Source: Octopus vulgaris
Lineage: Eukaryota
Length of the DNA: 64,000 bases
Reading direction: 5' to 3'
NCBI GenBank assembly: GCA_951406725.2
Contig: OX597819.1
Span: 89,900,001 to 89,964,000 of the forward strand
The notes beneath the pieces are model-generated. The model made no database searches, was not told the DNA's origin, and saw only the letters and a program-made list of their open reading frames with translations. Position numbers and translations under genes: made by a program. Below are positions 61,696 through 64,000 of this stretch, in pieces. How positions within the stretch are numbered: position 1 is the first letter of the stretch; every line of letters starts with the position of its first letter.

Positions 61696-63321
61696 TATAT
61701 ATATATGTAAATATATATATACATACGCACAACACAAACAGACATCATCATCATATATATACACACACACACATATATATATATATACACATGCACAAAC
61801 CACTCAAACACACACACATGATGCTGCCATACAGTTTCTGTTTACCAAATTCATTGGGAAGATATACGTTGGCCCAGGACTATAGTAGAAGACACTTGCT
61901 GAAGGTGCCATGCTGTGGGATTGAACATGAAACTACATGGTTGCAAAGTAAGCTTCTTAACCAGACATCAATATACTTTTATTAAATTCACTTTTAATAA
62001 AGCAATTATTATCTTACTCTTGAAAACAGCTTTATTCTATTAAGCACACCAAGAACTTAATTATTCCATGGTACTGTATGTTGTCCAATTTTTAAAAAAA
62101 AATTAATTAATTATTACAAAATTGACTTTTTCATCTTTAAATGTGGTATTACTTTTGTAAGGGGTGAGAAAATTAATCAAACATTTTCTAGGAGTGTGAG
62201 GCATAAGAACATTTGGGAATCATTGCTCTATATTGTCATGTAACATGCTAGAAATAGCACCCAATTTCCCTGAAATTGCACTCTATCTGAAGGACAAATA
62301 TCTTAGATATAGGAAAAAGATAGGTGATGATGGCTGGAATTTTTTTTCATCCTAAGTGCTGCTCTGGGGATAAATCACAACAATAAGGACCCATAGTTAG
62401 CTTAAAGGTTTATAATTCCTCTCAACAATTCCTTACTGTTTGCAGCAAGGATGTAAAAATCAAAGCATTCCAGCTATGACCATCTCATCTTATTTCCAGA
62501 TATAGTATACTCATGATAATATTAGCCAATATGTCCTGCTATTTATTTTAACATGGCTGTGTTGTAAAAGTTTGTTTCCCAACCACAAGAGCCTAGGTCC
62601 AGTGGTCTTAGGTTTACAAGGCACCAGCACCAGAGCCTTTTATGTGTCACCAGCACAGGTGCTTTTATCATGACACCAGCACAGATGCTTTCACATGGCA
62701 CCATTTAAATTTCCATGTTTGTGAATTATTTACTTCATAGCAAATAGTATTGCTGGTAGGATCTGAACTGGTGTTGACTGATTCTAACTTTATTGCCAAA
62801 ACCATTAAGATGTTTTACACAGGGGTTGCTAAGTGGTTAAGAATTTAGCTTCCCAACCACATGGTTTTGGGTTCAATCTTACTGCACAGCACTTTGAACA
62901 AGTGTCTTCTACTGTAGCCCCAAAGTATTGTGAGCGGATTTAGTAGATAGAAATTATAAAGAAACTCACCATTATGTGTGTGTGTGTCCTTGTCTTGACA
63001 TTCTGTGACAGTTGTAAATAAGTGTCACTGTCATATAAGCAGTGTCCTTCATTTCTAACATTATACAAAAACATGTCTGGCCATGGGGAAATATTTCTTT
63101 CTTTGAAAACATGAGAAAGGGCATCTAGCTGTAGAATATCTATCTCAATTAAGTGGGCATTAAAACCCAATGATGAGGATTTTACAGCCACCTTGTGAAC
63201 AAAGAAGTTGAGAGACACTGATGAATGTTTTGGTCCAAGCAAGATCACAGATCTTTACAACAAACTGAAGATTGGTATTAATGTAATTCTGAAAGTGTCA
63301 CAAATATAAGCGCAGGCATGG

Positions 63322-63730
63322 CTCTCTTTTTACTCTTTTACTTGTTTCAGTCATTTGACTGTGGCCATGCTGGAGCACCACCTTTAGTCGAGCAACTCAA
63401 CCCCGGGACTTATTCTTTTGTAAGCCCAGTACTTATTCTATCGGTCTCTTTTGACGAACCACTAAGTAACAGGGACATAAACACACCAGCATCAGTTGTC
63501 AAGCAATGCTAGGGGGACAAACACAGACACACAAACACACACACGTATATATATATATATATATACATATATACGACGGGCTTCTTTCAGTTTCCATCTA
63601 CCAAATCCACTCACAAGGCTTTGGTCGGCCCGAGGCTATAGTAGAAGACACTTGCCCAAGGTGCCATGCAGTGGGACTGAACCCGGAACCATGTGGTTGG
63701 TAAACAAGCTACTTACCACACAGCCATTCC
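63322..63730 (-). mobile_element. CORE-like SINE, full length
   Basis: Reverse-complement copy. Confidence 0.85.
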
Positions 63731-63732
63731 TG

Positions 63733-64000
63733 CTGAGTGGTAAGAAGCTTGCTTCCCAACTACATGATTCCGGGTTCAGTCCCACCGCATGGCACCTTGG
63801 GCAAGTGTCTTCCATTATATTCATGAACCGACCAAAGCCTTGTAAGAGGATTTGATAGGCAGAAACTGAAAGAAGCCCATTGTGTGTGTGTGTCCCTACC
63901 ACTGTTTGACAACTGGTGTTGGTGGGTGTATTTATGTTCCCATAACTTAGTGGTTTGGCAAGAGAGGCTCATGCATTAAGTACCAGGCTCAAAAAAATAA
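63733..64000 (+). mobile_element. CORE-like SINE, head-to-head with the previous copy
   Basis: GGGTTCAGTCCC..CCTTGGGCAAGTG. Confidence 0.75.

Overview
AT-rich, repeat-saturated animal genomic DNA. The SINE families and (TA)n/(CA)n microsatellite load point to a coleoid cephalopod, most likely Octopus (recognition, not a database result). No complete host gene is present. The window looks like intronic or 3'-end sequence, with a few candidate minus-strand exons (about 41320/41222, 31476 and 23370). Most of it is transposon-derived: at least four tRNA-derived SINE families, RTE 3'-end fragments, and a young near-intact CR1/L2-group LINE (APE+RT). That LINE appears twice because a 5.4 kb segment is duplicated across a 100-N gap, probably an assembly artefact. 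Also present are an internally deleted Chapaev3-like transposon, mariner-, piggyBac- and Merlin-like MITEs, an R4/Dong 3' end and Penelope-like (PLE) relics. The most interesting signal is a set of at least four unrelated small non-coding element families carrying minimal type-I hammerhead ribozyme motifs, mostly within PLE-style inverted repeats. One has a tRNA-derived Pol III head and a 12-bp TSD, so it looks like a PLE-mobilised, ribozyme-bearing SINE. Several others have greatly extended stem II. Other notable features are a SINE/LINE shared 3' tail and tandem H-type pseudoknot units in RTE-type 3' UTRs. Most coordinates for old repeats are approximate.
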